Shown: in pieces, positions 39,823 through 49,626 of the stretch
Numbering within the stretch: position 1 is the stretch's first letter
How the letters are laid out: each line of letters starts with the position of its first letter
From: Armatimonadota bacterium
Lineage (GTDB): Bacteria; Armatimonadota; SYMT01
NCBI GenBank assembly: GCA_041690135.1
Contig: JAWLHY010000011.1
Location: 256,668-320,667 of the forward strand
Direction of reading: 5' to 3'
Length of the DNA stretch: 64,000 nucleotides
Translations under genes and position numbers: made by a program
The notes under the pieces: model-generated
Told to the model about the DNA's origin: nothing
Database searches by the model: none
Seen by the model: only the letters and a program-made list of their open reading frames with translations

Positions 39823-39996
39823 CGTTGCACTACTCCAGGACACCAGATACTGCCGATGACCTTCGGCGCTTCGGGGGAGTTTCCCTTCCAGAGTTCGGTA
39901 GCTCTGGTGACGCCGAAAGTCTGGCGAGCGGCTCTTGCAGGCGATCTACCATTCCCGGAAAGATGGGGCCCGGCAACTCACCGAAGGACCCGGTCT

Positions 39997-40956
39997 TCAG
40001 GGTAGGCGGTCGAATGCCAGGAAGGCCTCACCGATGGCGCGGTCGAAGTGGGAGCCCAGCCCTTCGCGGACAATGTTCCGCGCCTGCTCCGGGGTCCACG
40101 CCCGCCGGTAGGAGCGATCCGCTGTCAGCGCCTCGTAAACATCGGCCACGGCAATGATCCGGGATAGGTAGGGAATGGTCTCGCCGGCCAGCCCGTCCGG
40201 GTAGCCGGCTCCGTCCACTCGCTCGTGATGGTGGCGCACGACGGCGGCAATCTCGGTCCGCGTGCCCATTTGGCTCACGATCTCCGCGCTGCGTACCGGG
40301 TGCTCCCGGATGACCTGCCACTCCGCATTGTCCAAACGGCCGGGTTTGCGCAGGATCTGGTCCGGCACCCCGATCTTTCCCACGTCGTGGACCAGCGCCG
40401 CCAGCTCCAGCAACTGCAGGCGCTCGGGAGATAGCCCCAGCCGGGTGCCCAACAGCAGCGACAGCTCCGTTACTCGTTGCGAGTGAAGCGCGGTGTAAGG
40501 GTCCTTCGCGTCGACCGCCGCCACCAGGGCGCGGACGGCGCCGGCCAGGAGCTCCCGGTCGCGGGCGCCGGCCAGGGTCCGCTCTCGCTCCACGCGGATC
40601 CAGGTTTGCTGCAGCGTGCGGGCCAGCAGGGTGAACGACACCGGCTTGGGCAGGAACTCCACGGCGCCCTGGGCGAGCGAACGGCCGGGGAGATCTAGGT
40701 CCAGGCTGCCGCTGAGGAGGATGACGGGCGGCGCCGGATGCAGGTGCTGCACGGCATCCAGAAGGTCCAGTCCTGTTCCGTCGGGTAACTGCTGATCCGT
40801 GATAACCAGGGCACAGTCGCTCTGGGCGAGAAAGGCCAGCGCGTCGGCCCGTCCGGCTACGGATCGGACCCCGTAGCCCAGCTCGGCCAGCATGTACTCC
40901 AGCATGCCGCGGACCAGCGGATCGTCCTCGACAAGTAGGATCGGCCGGGGAGACAT
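39997..40956 (-). CDS. Response regulator with HD-GYP phosphodiesterase domain
   Basis: REC domain (LLVEDD, TDQQLP, KP), HDVGKIG and HHERVDGAGYPDGL. Start may extend to 41022. Confidence 0.92.
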   Translation of the reverse strand: MSPRPILLVEDDPLVRGMLEYMLAELGYGVRSVAGRADALAFLAQSDCALVITDQQLPDGTGLDLLDAVQHLHPAPPVILLSGSLDLDLPGRSLAQGAVEFLPKPVSFTLLARTLQQTWIRVERERTLAGARDRELLAGAVRALVAAVDAKDPYTALHSQRVTELSLLLGTRLGLSPERLQLLELAALVHDVGKIGVPDQILRKPGRLDNAEWQVIREHPVRSAEIVSQMGTRTEIAAVVRHHHERVDGAGYPDGLAGETIPYLSRIIAVADVYEALTADRSYRRAWTPEQARNIVREGLGSHFDRAIGEAFLAFDRLP

Positions 40957-41308
40957 CCCGATTTCCGGTGCGGGTCGCCCAGAGGAGGCGGGATCGGGTG
41001 AAAGGGTGAGATACTGCTTCACGTAAACCTATGTCGGCCTCTTGCGAGGGCAGCCCGAATCCTCCAAAGTGTTAAACTTCTTTTGATCGAAATTGTACAG
41101 AGTCTCGAGGTGACCGGCAAAACTCCGCTTCGTTGTGAGGCGAGCTCATGGAGACTGCGAGTTATTTCTCTTGCGTTTACCGCACTGCCAACACTCCGCG
41201 GCCAACGTAATCGGCAGTACCTTTGGCAACCGCCGCGTAGCACGGGTAAACTAGCCAAGACGATAATTGGGGAGACTCGCGGACATTTCGCCGCCTGGAG
41301 AAGGTGTG

Positions 41309-41848
41309 ATGGCAACAAAAACCCCCGCGCGACCCAACTCGGTTGTGCATCTTGATGTTCCATTGGAGCGGGATGTTTTCTTACGGACGCTCATCCGCGA
41401 GTTGGCGGGAACGCTGCAGGACGTGGTGGGCCTGGAGGAAGCCTCCGGGTTTGTGAGCGTCGTCGGCCAACGAGTCGGGGACCAGATCGACCGGGCTTAC
41501 CGGGCGGCGCTGGCGGTGGATAAATTGACGCGCGAGCAGGTGGCAGACGTGCTGGTCGATCTCAAGGCCCGCATCCAGGGCGATTTCTACGTCATAGCAG
41601 AAGACGATGAGAAGATCGTTTTCGGCAACCGCAAGTGCCCCTTCGAGGACAAGGTCATCGGGCGTCCGGCCCTTTGTATGATGACCTCCAACGTCTTCGG
41701 GGTCATTGCCGCGGAGAACCTGGGATACGGCAAGGTCGTCCTGGAAGAAGCCATCGCCCGGGGAGACGCCGGCTGCCGGGTGGTTCTCTATCTCCAGCCG
41801 ACGGAAGAAGCGGAGGAAGCCGAAGGCCGCGAATACTTTGGGCAGTAG
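41309..41848 (+). CDS. Methanogen output domain 1 (MetOD1, V4R-like) protein
   Basis: [18 protein letters not shown]...[22 protein letters not shown]...IARGDAGC. Confidence 0.8.
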   Translation: MATKTPARPNSVVHLDVPLERDVFLRTLIRELAGTLQDVVGLEEASGFVSVVGQRVGDQIDRAYRAALAVDKLTREQVADVLVDLKARIQGDFYVIAEDDEKIVFGNRKCPFEDKVIGRPALCMMTSNVFGVIAAENLGYGKVVLEEAIARGDAGCRVVLYLQPTEEAEEAEGREYFGQ

Positions 41849-41857
41849 GGGATACCT

Positions 41858-43834
41858 GTGACCCCCGAAACCTTTCACGCTTTCGCGGATCTCTTACCCG
41901 AGCCGATGCTGCTGGTGAGCGGGGACGGCTGCATGCTGGCCGCTAACCGGAGCGCGGCGCGCCGCCTGGGTGTGTCGCGCCGGCTACTGATCGGGCAGCC
42001 CCTCGCTTCCCTGGCGACGGACCCCTTACCCAGGCTGCGGGAGTTTCTCAACTCCTGCACCCGCACGCGGGGAATGGTACCCGGTTCGTTGATCTTGGGC
42101 GCTGCGCAGGAGGTCCGGGTGGAATACCGCGTCGAAGGAACGCTCGTTCAACCCCGCACGGACACGAGCCCCGCCCAGATCCTGCTGCGGCTGCAGCCTA
42201 AGCCGGAAGCCCCCAGCCAGTTCTCGGTCTTGAACGAGCGGATCACCGCGTTGAACCGCGAAATCATGCAGCGAAAGCGCGTGGAGCAGGAGTTGCGGGA
42301 GCAGCGGGAGTGGTTTCGGGTTACCCTCTCCAGTATCGGGGATGGAGTCATCGCCACCGACGCGCAGGGATGCGTGCTCTTTCTGAACGGCATGGCCGAG
42401 CTTCTTACGGGTTGGAGAGTGGAGGAAGCCGCCGGGAAGCCCCTGGAAGAGGTCTTCCGGATCATCAACGAGCAGACCCGCCAACCGGTAGAGAACCCCG
42501 TCCATCGCGTCTTGGAACGGGGGATCGTCGTTGGCCTCGCCAATGATACGCTGCTCATCTGCCGGAAGGGCCGCGAATGGCCCATCGCGGACAGCGCAGC
42601 CCCGATCCGGGGCGCCGACGGCAAAATTCTGGGGGTGGTGCTGGTCTTCCTGGAGATCACCGAGCGCAAACGGGTCGAGATGCAGCTTCGCGAGCAGGCC
42701 CGCGAGCTTGCCGAGGCGGACCGGCGCAAAGACCAGTATCTCGCTATGCTGGCCCACGAGTTGCGCAATCCCCTGGGAGCGGTCAGCAACGCCCTCTCCC
42801 TGCTGGAACTCTCACCTCCGGGGGGCGGCTCCTTTCAGCGCGCCCTGGAGATCGCCCGTCGCCATGTGCACCAACAAACCCGGATGGTCGATGACCTGCT
42901 CGACGTATCGCGTCTCACACGCGGCACGTTCGAGCTACACCCCGAGCGGCTCGATCTGACCGCCCTGTGTCGCCAGGTGATCGAGGACCAGCAGCCGGCG
43001 TTTACTGCGGCGCAAGTGGTTCTCTTCGCGTCGGTTCCCGATACGCCGTGCTGGGTAATGGGCGATCCGGTACGCCTCACCCAGGTGCTCGTGAACCTGC
43101 TGGATAACGCCCGCAAGTTCACCCCGGTGGGGAAAACGGTACGGGTGGAACTCCGGAACGATCCCGGCTCGTCGCGAGGGGTATTGACGATCACCGACAC
43201 CGGGGTAGGCATCGACCCGCAACTGCTGCCGCACGTCTTCGAGCCGTTCCGCCAGGCGGAACAATCCCTGGCGCGGACGCGTGGGGGTCTGGGTTTGGGG
43301 CTCGCCCTGGTGAAAGGGATTGTCGATCTCCACCGCGGTCAGGTACAGGTGGAGAGCCGCGGCTCCGGGTGGGGGACGACGTTTACCGTTTCCCTGCCCC
43401 TGGTGGATGCCCCCGCCCCCGCGATTTCGTCTGCCGAGGAGCCGTTAGGGCCAGTAGCCGCCTTGCGCGTGCTGGTGATCGAAGATAACGCGGATGCGGC
43501 GGAAACGCTTCAGGACCTCCTCACCCTGTGGGGCCACCAGTCGGAAGTGGCGCACTCCGGACCCGAGGGCATCCGCCGGGCCGCGGAGTTCCGGCCGCAG
43601 GTCGTGCTCTGCGACATCGGCTTGCCCAACATGAGCGGCTACGAAGTGGCCGCGCAACTGCGACAGAACCCCAGCACGGAGTTCGCTTACCTCGTCGCCG
43701 TGACGGGTTACGGACAGGACCAGGATCGCGCTCAGTCCGCGGCGGCCGGCTTCCACACGCACCTCGTCAAGCCCCTGGACCTCAATGCGCTGGAACAACT
43801 CCTCGCTCGCCTCTCCCGAACGACTTCTCAATGA
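41858..43834 (+). CDS. Hybrid PAS histidine kinase with receiver domain
   Basis: PAS (SIGDGVIATD), H-box LAHELRNPL, N-box NLLDNARKFT, DTGVGI, GGLGLGL and REC (CDIGLP). Confidence 0.95.
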   Translation: MTPETFHAFADLLPEPMLLVSGDGCMLAANRSAARRLGVSRRLLIGQPLASLATDPLPRLREFLNSCTRTRGMVPGSLILGAAQEVRVEYRVEGTLVQPRTDTSPAQILLRLQPKPEAPSQFSVLNERITALNREIMQRKRVEQELREQREWFRVTLSSIGDGVIATDAQGCVLFLNGMAELLTGWRVEEAAGKPLEEVFRIINEQTRQPVENPVHRVLERGIVVGLANDTLLICRKGREWPIADSAAPIRGADGKILGVVLVFLEITERKRVEMQLREQARELAEADRRKDQYLAMLAHELRNPLGAVSNALSLLELSPPGGGSFQRALEIARRHVHQQTRMVDDLLDVSRLTRGTFELHPERLDLTALCRQVIEDQQPAFTAAQVVLFASVPDTPCWVMGDPVRLTQVLVNLLDNARKFTPVGKTVRVELRNDPGSSRGVLTITDTGVGIDPQLLPHVFEPFRQAEQSLARTRGGLGLGLALVKGIVDLHRGQVQVESRGSGWGTTFTVSLPLVDAPAPAISSAEEPLGPVAALRVLVIEDNADAAETLQDLLTLWGHQSEVAHSGPEGIRRAAEFRPQVVLCDIGLPNMSGYEVAAQLRQNPSTEFAYLVAVTGYGQDQDRAQSAAAGFHTHLVKPLDLNALEQLLARLSRTTSQ

Positions 43835-43863
43835 CCCCCGGCCTTCCGAGTAACGGTTAAACT

Positions 43864-44625
43864 TCAGGGGGGTAGGGGGGCGGGTGGCGGGGATCCGGGG
43901 ATGCGGAAATTGCTGTCGCGGAAGGTGGCGGGCCGCTTCCAGGCGACGTGGCCGTCGTAGTAGAGCACGTTCAACCCGTCGAAGTGGCGCAGGGGGTAGT
44001 GCGGTTCCGCCGTCGGGCCGGTGGTGGGAGTGAACGGCGGGTGCTGCGGCAGGCCGCTTCCGGCGGCCCCGGCGCACCCGGGGCCGCCCCGATGTTCCCA
44101 CAGGAACATGGCCTGGCTCACATCCGGAAACCCGTTCACCACCAGGGCGTCCGGCGCTCCCATCGGGCTGCCGTACACGAACGACATCGCGTACCCCACC
44201 TGCCCGGCAAAACTGGGGCAGCGGAAGATGCCGTAGTTCTTCACATAGGGCTGCAGCAGGCCGGGGTGGTCGATGTTCCGCGGCGCCGCCTCCCAGTTGA
44301 CGGTCCCTCCCGCTGCCGCTCCCTGGCTATCGAATGGCGCCCACCAGGCCTCGTTCGGACCGGAGTACTCGCTCTGCTGCGATAGGGCCAGGCAGTACGG
44401 ATCGCCCGGGCGGTCCGGGCAGAGGCGGTAGGGAGCGTTCACCTCGTCGTAGTCGTCGCGATACATGGCGAGGGCGGTGCCGATCTGCTTCAGGTTCGAC
44501 CGGCACTGGGTCGCCCGCGCCGCTTCTCGCACCCGCGCGAACACGGGGAAGAGGATGGCGGCGAGGATGGCGATGATCGCTATCACTACGAGCAGTTCAA
44601 TGAGGGTAAACCCAGGGCGTCGCAC
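43864..44625 (-). CDS. Prepilin-type N-terminal cleavage/methylation protein (DUF1559, H-X9-DG)
   Basis: [26 protein letters not shown] and [15 protein letters not shown]. Confidence 0.92.
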   Translation of the reverse strand: MRRPGFTLIELLVVIAIIAILAAILFPVFARVREAARATQCRSNLKQIGTALAMYRDDYDEVNAPYRLCPDRPGDPYCLALSQQSEYSGPNEAWWAPFDSQGAAAGGTVNWEAAPRNIDHPGLLQPYVKNYGIFRCPSFAGQVGYAMSFVYGSPMGAPDALVVNGFPDVSQAMFLWEHRGGPGCAGAAGSGLPQHPPFTPTTGPTAEPHYPLRHFDGLNVLYYDGHVAWKRPATFRDSNFRIPGSPPPAPLPP

Positions 44626-44698
44626 GGTGGGAAGTCTCCTACCCGTTTGACGCCCCTTCCACCTGGAAGGGTGCGGGGATTCTCTCCGTCTCCTTCAG

Positions 44699-46144
44699 CT
44701 AATGATCGTGACTCTCTCCGGGGCCATGTTCGTGAGCGTGGTCGTGATTGTGGCCGCCCTCGCCGAACAGTTCCTCGCCAGGCCCCGGGGGCGGCGTGCG
44801 TGCCGGAGGGGGCTGTGGGAGCACTTCCTTGCGGAAGGCGACCATTTCCTCCACTGTCTTCTCATCCTCGGGACGCTCGGTGAGGTAGAGGCGGTAGGCG
44901 CGCATTGCTGCTGGATGGTTGTGGTGTTCCCGGTAAAGGCGGGCCAGTTCGAGCAACACCTTGGCATCCTTCGGAGTCTTGCGGACCGCGGCTTCCAGCG
45001 CCTGGAGCCGGCGCCGCTTGGTGGCCGCCTGCCGCGCGCGTTGTAGCAGCGCTTCTCCTTCCGCCTTCCGGCCGGTTCGCACGAGCAGGCGGCCAAGTTC
45101 TTCCTGGGCGGGTTCGAGATCCGGCTGGTGACGCAGGGCCTCTCGGAGATACGACTCGGCGTGTGCCAGGCGGTCCTGGCGGACGAGGAAACGCCCCAAT
45201 TCCAGTTGGGCTTCCGGAAGCGGTCGCGGGCCGGCGCTCGCCGCCGCGCGCAGGGTCTCCTCCGCCCGCCGCCGGTTTTCGAGCGTCTCCGGCAGCCGGA
45301 GATAGATCTGAGCCAGCCAGAGCAGGGTGCGCGCATCTCCGGGGCGCAGCGCCAGGGCCCGCTTCAAGGTGCTCTCTGCTTCGGCCAAGCGGCCCTGATG
45401 CCAGTGCACGCGTCCCAGTGCCCGCCATCCGTCCGGCCGTTGGGGAGCGAGCCGGGTGACGTGCTGGAAGGCTTCCGCGGACCGGTCGACCTGCAGGAGG
45501 TCCCCATAGAGGTGGCCGAGAGTGAACCAGCCCCCGGCGTCCTTTGGACGGACCTTCAACGCCGCCTCCATTTCGCGCGCCGCGGACGCGGTTTCGCCGT
45601 TCACGTAGTAGAGATTGGCCAGCGCCGAGCGCGCCTCGTGGTTGCGCGGGTCGAGTTCCTGCACCTTCTTGTAGGCTGTCTCCGCCTCCGCAAGGTTGCC
45701 GATGGCCCCCTGGCTCCGGGCCAGCCCGAGGTAGGCCGGTAGGTGGCGGGAGTCGAGTTGGACCACCCGCGCGAACACCCCGACCGCGTCGTTGTGTCCG
45801 TCGGATTGCTGCAGTGCCGTGGCGTAGCGGAAGAGCACCTCGGCATCGTTGGGATAGCGCAGGGCCAGCTTCTCCAGTTCCGGGACAGGAAGCTGCGCCA
45901 GTCGCCGGGTTTCCAGGTCAGTCTGCCCCCGGTAAATTGCATAGCCGCCCCCGAGGAGAAGACTCGCACCGACCAGCACGGCCACGAGCCTCCGTTGCGT
46001 CCAGCGCCAACGCGGTTTCTTGCTCCGGTTAGCCGTGCCGGCCGCGTGCTCGCGTGCCGGCCGCGCACCTGGGGCGGCATCGGGCAGCGATACGGGCCGA
46101 GTCGCCAGCGATCCGGATTTTGCTTTTCTCTTCGCGCTCTTCAT
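44699..46144 (-). CDS. Membrane-anchored TPR protein with His-rich C-terminal tail
   Basis: N-terminal TM segment, many TPR repeats and the tail HNHDHAHEHGPGESHDH. Confidence 0.88.
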   Translation of the reverse strand: MKSAKRKAKSGSLATRPVSLPDAAPGARPAREHAAGTANRSKKPRWRWTQRRLVAVLVGASLLLGGGYAIYRGQTDLETRRLAQLPVPELEKLALRYPNDAEVLFRYATALQQSDGHNDAVGVFARVVQLDSRHLPAYLGLARSQGAIGNLAEAETAYKKVQELDPRNHEARSALANLYYVNGETASAAREMEAALKVRPKDAGGWFTLGHLYGDLLQVDRSAEAFQHVTRLAPQRPDGWRALGRVHWHQGRLAEAESTLKRALALRPGDARTLLWLAQIYLRLPETLENRRRAEETLRAAASAGPRPLPEAQLELGRFLVRQDRLAHAESYLREALRHQPDLEPAQEELGRLLVRTGRKAEGEALLQRARQAATKRRRLQALEAAVRKTPKDAKVLLELARLYREHHNHPAAMRAYRLYLTERPEDEKTVEEMVAFRKEVLPQPPPARTPPPGPGEELFGEGGHNHDHAHEHGPGESHDH

Positions 46145-46478
46145 CCATTCCTCACACGGCGGCCGGGCCGTAACCGATCCGAATAGTTACCACAACGCAC
46201 CAGGCCCGCCAGAAGGCAATGCGGGGAGAGCCGAGTACCTGGGCTCGAAAGGCAAGAGCCGACGGAGGGTGCTGGTTCGACCACCCTAAGCCATACGCAT
46301 TGCGGAGAAGAAAGAACGTCCGGCTATCCGCCCAACGTCTTCAGGTGGTGGCGGGCATCGCCCGTAAGGTGGGGGGTTTTTCCAGCATTCCTCATCCAGC
46401 CAGGCCGTCACGTCGGCCGGTAGGCTCACGTGGAAACGCTCGATCGGCTTTTCGGACCATGAGCTGGCCATTGGGGGC

Positions 46479-47417
46479 TTACCCCAACCCCAACTGCCGC
46501 AGCAGCGGTTGACAGGCCGGGGGAACGCTGCCCCACTCGACCCGGGCCAGGAGTCGGGCGGCGAAGTCACGGGCGGCTTCGGACTGGCCCAGGTGCTCCG
46601 CGATGGCGGCGCCGAAAAGCTCCGGCCAGTGCAGTTGCCAGTAGGCCGCATCTCCGCCCGGCACGCCTTCCCCGGACCGGAGCGCCTTCAGCCAGACCTC
46701 CGGGTCCTGCCACTTCCGTCCGTACCGGTCGAACACGGCCAGACCATCGCGCGCATTTTGCTCCAGGAGGCCCGCCAGCCGCTCCCGGTCCTGCCCATAT
46801 TCGAACCATACGTCCTGACCCTCGGGGCCGAACCGGCCTATCCGGGCATAGACGGCGCAGTCGAGCAGGCCGAACTCCGCGGAGCCGTTCCCGGCACGCT
46901 GGGAGAAGGGAGGCACGAACGCGTAGTGGAAGCCGAGGTTAACGGTGTAATCGCCGCCCCAGCGGCCGGCCTGAAAGTCGAGCAGGTGGATCTGATCGTC
47001 CCGCCGGCGCACCCACGTGCTTCCGGAAACCTTGACGAACCCTTCCGGCTCCAGGCAACGGCGCATCACCTGGAGCCGCACGGCCCGTACCTGGCTTCCG
47101 GTCAACTCCTCGCGGGGTGGTTCGCGCGGGTGGTCCTCCGGCTTCGGAACAGAGTATTGCTTCTGCAGCCAGGCAGGAGGGTCTTCGGCCTGGGCGCCCT
47201 CGGCATTCAAGCGATCGCAGAGTTCCTGTGCCTTTGTGTAAACCCGGAGCGGCTCCGCCGTGTAGCCCAAGACCCGGATGCTCTTCGACTTTTTCAGACC
47301 CTTCCCGCCGGCTTTCGGCAGCCATTGGAACACACCCACCGAGAACGTGGTGGCTCCCCCCGCACTGTCCCAGGGGTTGCGTTCATAATCCCAGCGGTAG
47401 GCTTCCGGTTCCTGCAT
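46479..47417 (-). CDS. DUF4304-like domain protein
   Basis: 'LEPEGFVK...IHLLDFQAGRWGGDYTVNLG...ARIG'. AGAGG RBS. Confidence 0.65.
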   Translation of the reverse strand: MQEPEAYRWDYERNPWDSAGGATTFSVGVFQWLPKAGGKGLKKSKSIRVLGYTAEPLRVYTKAQELCDRLNAEGAQAEDPPAWLQKQYSVPKPEDHPREPPREELTGSQVRAVRLQVMRRCLEPEGFVKVSGSTWVRRRDDQIHLLDFQAGRWGGDYTVNLGFHYAFVPPFSQRAGNGSAEFGLLDCAVYARIGRFGPEGQDVWFEYGQDRERLAGLLEQNARDGLAVFDRYGRKWQDPEVWLKALRSGEGVPGGDAAYWQLHWPELFGAAIAEHLGQSEAARDFAARLLARVEWGSVPPACQPLLRQLGLG

Positions 47418-47611
47418 GGACCCTCTCCCCCGACGGGCCGCCCTCGGCCTGTCGTCGTTCCCTCGTAGAGAATCCGTTCAAAAGCCCGGCCGGTCGTTCC
47501 TCCACAAGACTCAGAACTTAGAGTGCCGCCGGTTAACCGGGGAGGGGTCGGACGGAGGTGGAGCGCTGGGGCGCCGGAGGAAGTTGAGGTTCCTACCGGC
47601 GCCCGTCGTCA

Positions 47612-48115
47612 TCAGGCGCAGCAGGGCTTCGGGCCCGCTTTCGCCTCCCCCGCCTCGATTCCGGTTACCGGAAGGCAACAGGCTTCCGGCTCCAGCGAGT
47701 GGTGATCCTCATCCTGCATATCGTCCAGCAGCACGTACACTTCCCAGCCGTTTCCATCCGGATCGTGGACCCACACCTTGTCCTGCCGGGCGTAGCAGCA
47801 AAGCGTATCCCGCTCGTCGAACGTGGCGAGGCCGGCCGCGATCAACCGCTCTCGCGCCGCCTGCACCGCCTCACGGGAGTGAACCACCATTCCCAGGTGG
47901 CTCAGCGCCCCGACTCCCTGGGTTTCCGGCGCGTGCTCCTGCAGCGCCAGCTTCAAGGGCGGGTTCGCCAGGTCGAAGTTCGCGTACCCCGGCCGGCGCT
48001 TGTGCGCCAGCACCCCGAGGAATGCCTCGTAGAAGGTGGTGGAACGCTCCACATCACTCACGTTCAACGATACGTGCACCTTGGCGATCGTCGCCTCTTC
48101 ACTCGCAACAGCCAT
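47612..48115 (-). CDS. ArsI/CadI family glyoxalase-like (VOC) metalloenzyme
   Basis: HVSLNV, RPGYANF and CCYARQDKVWVHDPDG. Confidence 0.9.
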   Translation of the reverse strand: MAVASEEATIAKVHVSLNVSDVERSTTFYEAFLGVLAHKRRPGYANFDLANPPLKLALQEHAPETQGVGALSHLGMVVHSREAVQAARERLIAAGLATFDERDTLCCYARQDKVWVHDPDGNGWEVYVLLDDMQDEDHHSLEPEACCLPVTGIEAGEAKAGPKPCCA

Positions 48116-48470
48116 CTGTCGTTTCCTCCTGTTCCGGAGCCGTCGCCCGCGCCTGCAGGTACTGCCCCAGCGATGCCAGCGTTTCGCGGTTAACGCGGAA
48201 GATCATGTGCCGCCCCTGTCGTTCCCCCTCGATAAGCCCCACCAGGCGTAACTCCTTCAGATGCGCCGAGATGGTGGAGTTGATCTGCTTCGCTCCGGTC
48301 ACGTAACAGCACACCTCGCCAGCGGTGGCACCCGTCATTGGCCGCACTCCCCCCTCTTCGTCCACCGCGGTCGGGCCGCAGCAGCAGAGGTACTCCAGGA
48401 TGCGCAGCCGGGTCGGATCTCCCAGCGCCCGGAACATGGCCGCTCGTTGTTCTTCGTTGGAGACAGGCAT
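48099..48470 (-). CDS. arsR: ArsR/SmtB family metalloregulator
   Basis: FRALGDPTRLRIL...STISAHLKELRLVGLI, with multiple Cys pairs. Confidence 0.9.
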   Translation of the reverse strand: MPVSNEEQRAAMFRALGDPTRLRILEYLCCCGPTAVDEEGGVRPMTGATAGEVCCYVTGAKQINSTISAHLKELRLVGLIEGERQGRHMIFRVNRETLASLGQYLQARATAPEQEETTDGCCE

Positions 48471-48484
48471 CTCGATCCTTCGTC

Positions 48485-48504
48485 ATTTCGCGAATACACG
48501 AAAT
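48485..48504. promoter_or_regulatory. Candidate ArsR operator
   Basis: Imperfect inverted repeat ATTTCGCG-AATA-CACGAAAT just upstream of arsR. Confidence 0.55.
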
Positions 48505-48559
48505 ATATAGCTATGAGAAACGGAAGTGACAACTCTCGGATCAAAAAAGATTTCCCACT

Positions 48560-49402
48560 TCAGTCGGTGGCGTCTTCGTTCTCGTCGAAACTGGGGTTCC
48601 GCCGCCGCAGGTAGATCTTGTTCTGGGAGGCCAGCTTATGGCTCAGGACATCCCAGCCCCGCTTCTCGAGGAACGTGCGGAGGTCGATGCGCGTCACGCC
48701 CGGCGGGTCCTCCCGCGGGTTGCAGTCCTGGAGCGCATTCACCTCCGGTAGGGGCACGATCCGCAGTGCCTCGCACAGCGCGCGGAAGTTCACCCGGGTG
48801 ACGCCATCCTCAATCCGGGCGCCGCAGTCGATCAAGACGGGCGCAAGATCGCCGCTCAGCAGGACGAGCTTCGGAGGCTCCTTCAACTCCGTGACCATCG
48901 AACGGAAACGCTTCCAATCCCAGAGCGGTCCGGGGTCGATCTTGCGACCGGGAGAGATATCCTGATGGCCCACGAACCGGCTGAGGGTGATCCGTGGGTG
49001 ACGCTCCATGATCTCCCGAGCGAGCTGGGCCACGGCTTCATACTGGAAATCGGTGAACTCCTCCGGCGGTCCCATGTTCGAGATCTCGATCCCGATAGAG
49101 AAGGCGTTCACGTCGGACCGGTGCACGCCTTCGTGATCGGTCCACCGACTCTTGCCCGCGTGGAACGCGACCCGGTTCTCGGGGACAATCGCCTTGATCC
49201 CGAACTTCTCGGTCCGTCCCACCAGGTAATGGACGGACACCACGCGGTCCGTACCTCCGCGCAGCACCCGGAGATCGCCCGCCTCTCGCCCGGCCGTGTA
49301 GTGAATCACCACCAGGCTGATGGGGAGAGCCCCCCGCGCCCGGGTGAAGTCGCGAATCATGGGTTCTTCTTCGATTTCGATTCGCATCTCCGCAGCCTCC
49401 AT
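48560..49402 (-). CDS. N-acetylmuramoyl-L-alanine amidase (Amidase_2, AmpD-like)
   Basis: VVIHYTA, SVHY, AFHAG, SIGIE and GHQDISPGRKIDPG. Confidence 0.92.
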   Translation of the reverse strand: MEAAEMRIEIEEEPMIRDFTRARGALPISLVVIHYTAGREAGDLRVLRGGTDRVVSVHYLVGRTEKFGIKAIVPENRVAFHAGKSRWTDHEGVHRSDVNAFSIGIEISNMGPPEEFTDFQYEAVAQLAREIMERHPRITLSRFVGHQDISPGRKIDPGPLWDWKRFRSMVTELKEPPKLVLLSGDLAPVLIDCGARIEDGVTRVNFRALCEALRIVPLPEVNALQDCNPREDPPGVTRIDLRTFLEKRGWDVLSHKLASQNKIYLRRRNPSFDENEDATD

Positions 49403-49626
49403 GGAAACGGTAAGATAAGCGGAGCCGCACGGAACGGCTCCGGAGGGGAATGGGGCGGCTCCCTTTGCGGTATGCCGTGCCGCAGGTCGCTCGCGGGTCG
49501 GAACACCTACCGGTGCCCCACCCGATGCATAGATTGCACAGTGTGGCGTTCCGCTCCTTCATGCGGGGCAGGTAGAACTATCATCTGCGCGTGGCCGCTC
49601 CGCTGGTACCGTCCCGGGGAAACCGA

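Noticed and set aside
48560-49402. Prophage endolysin
   Set aside because: No holin, structural or integrase genes nearby.
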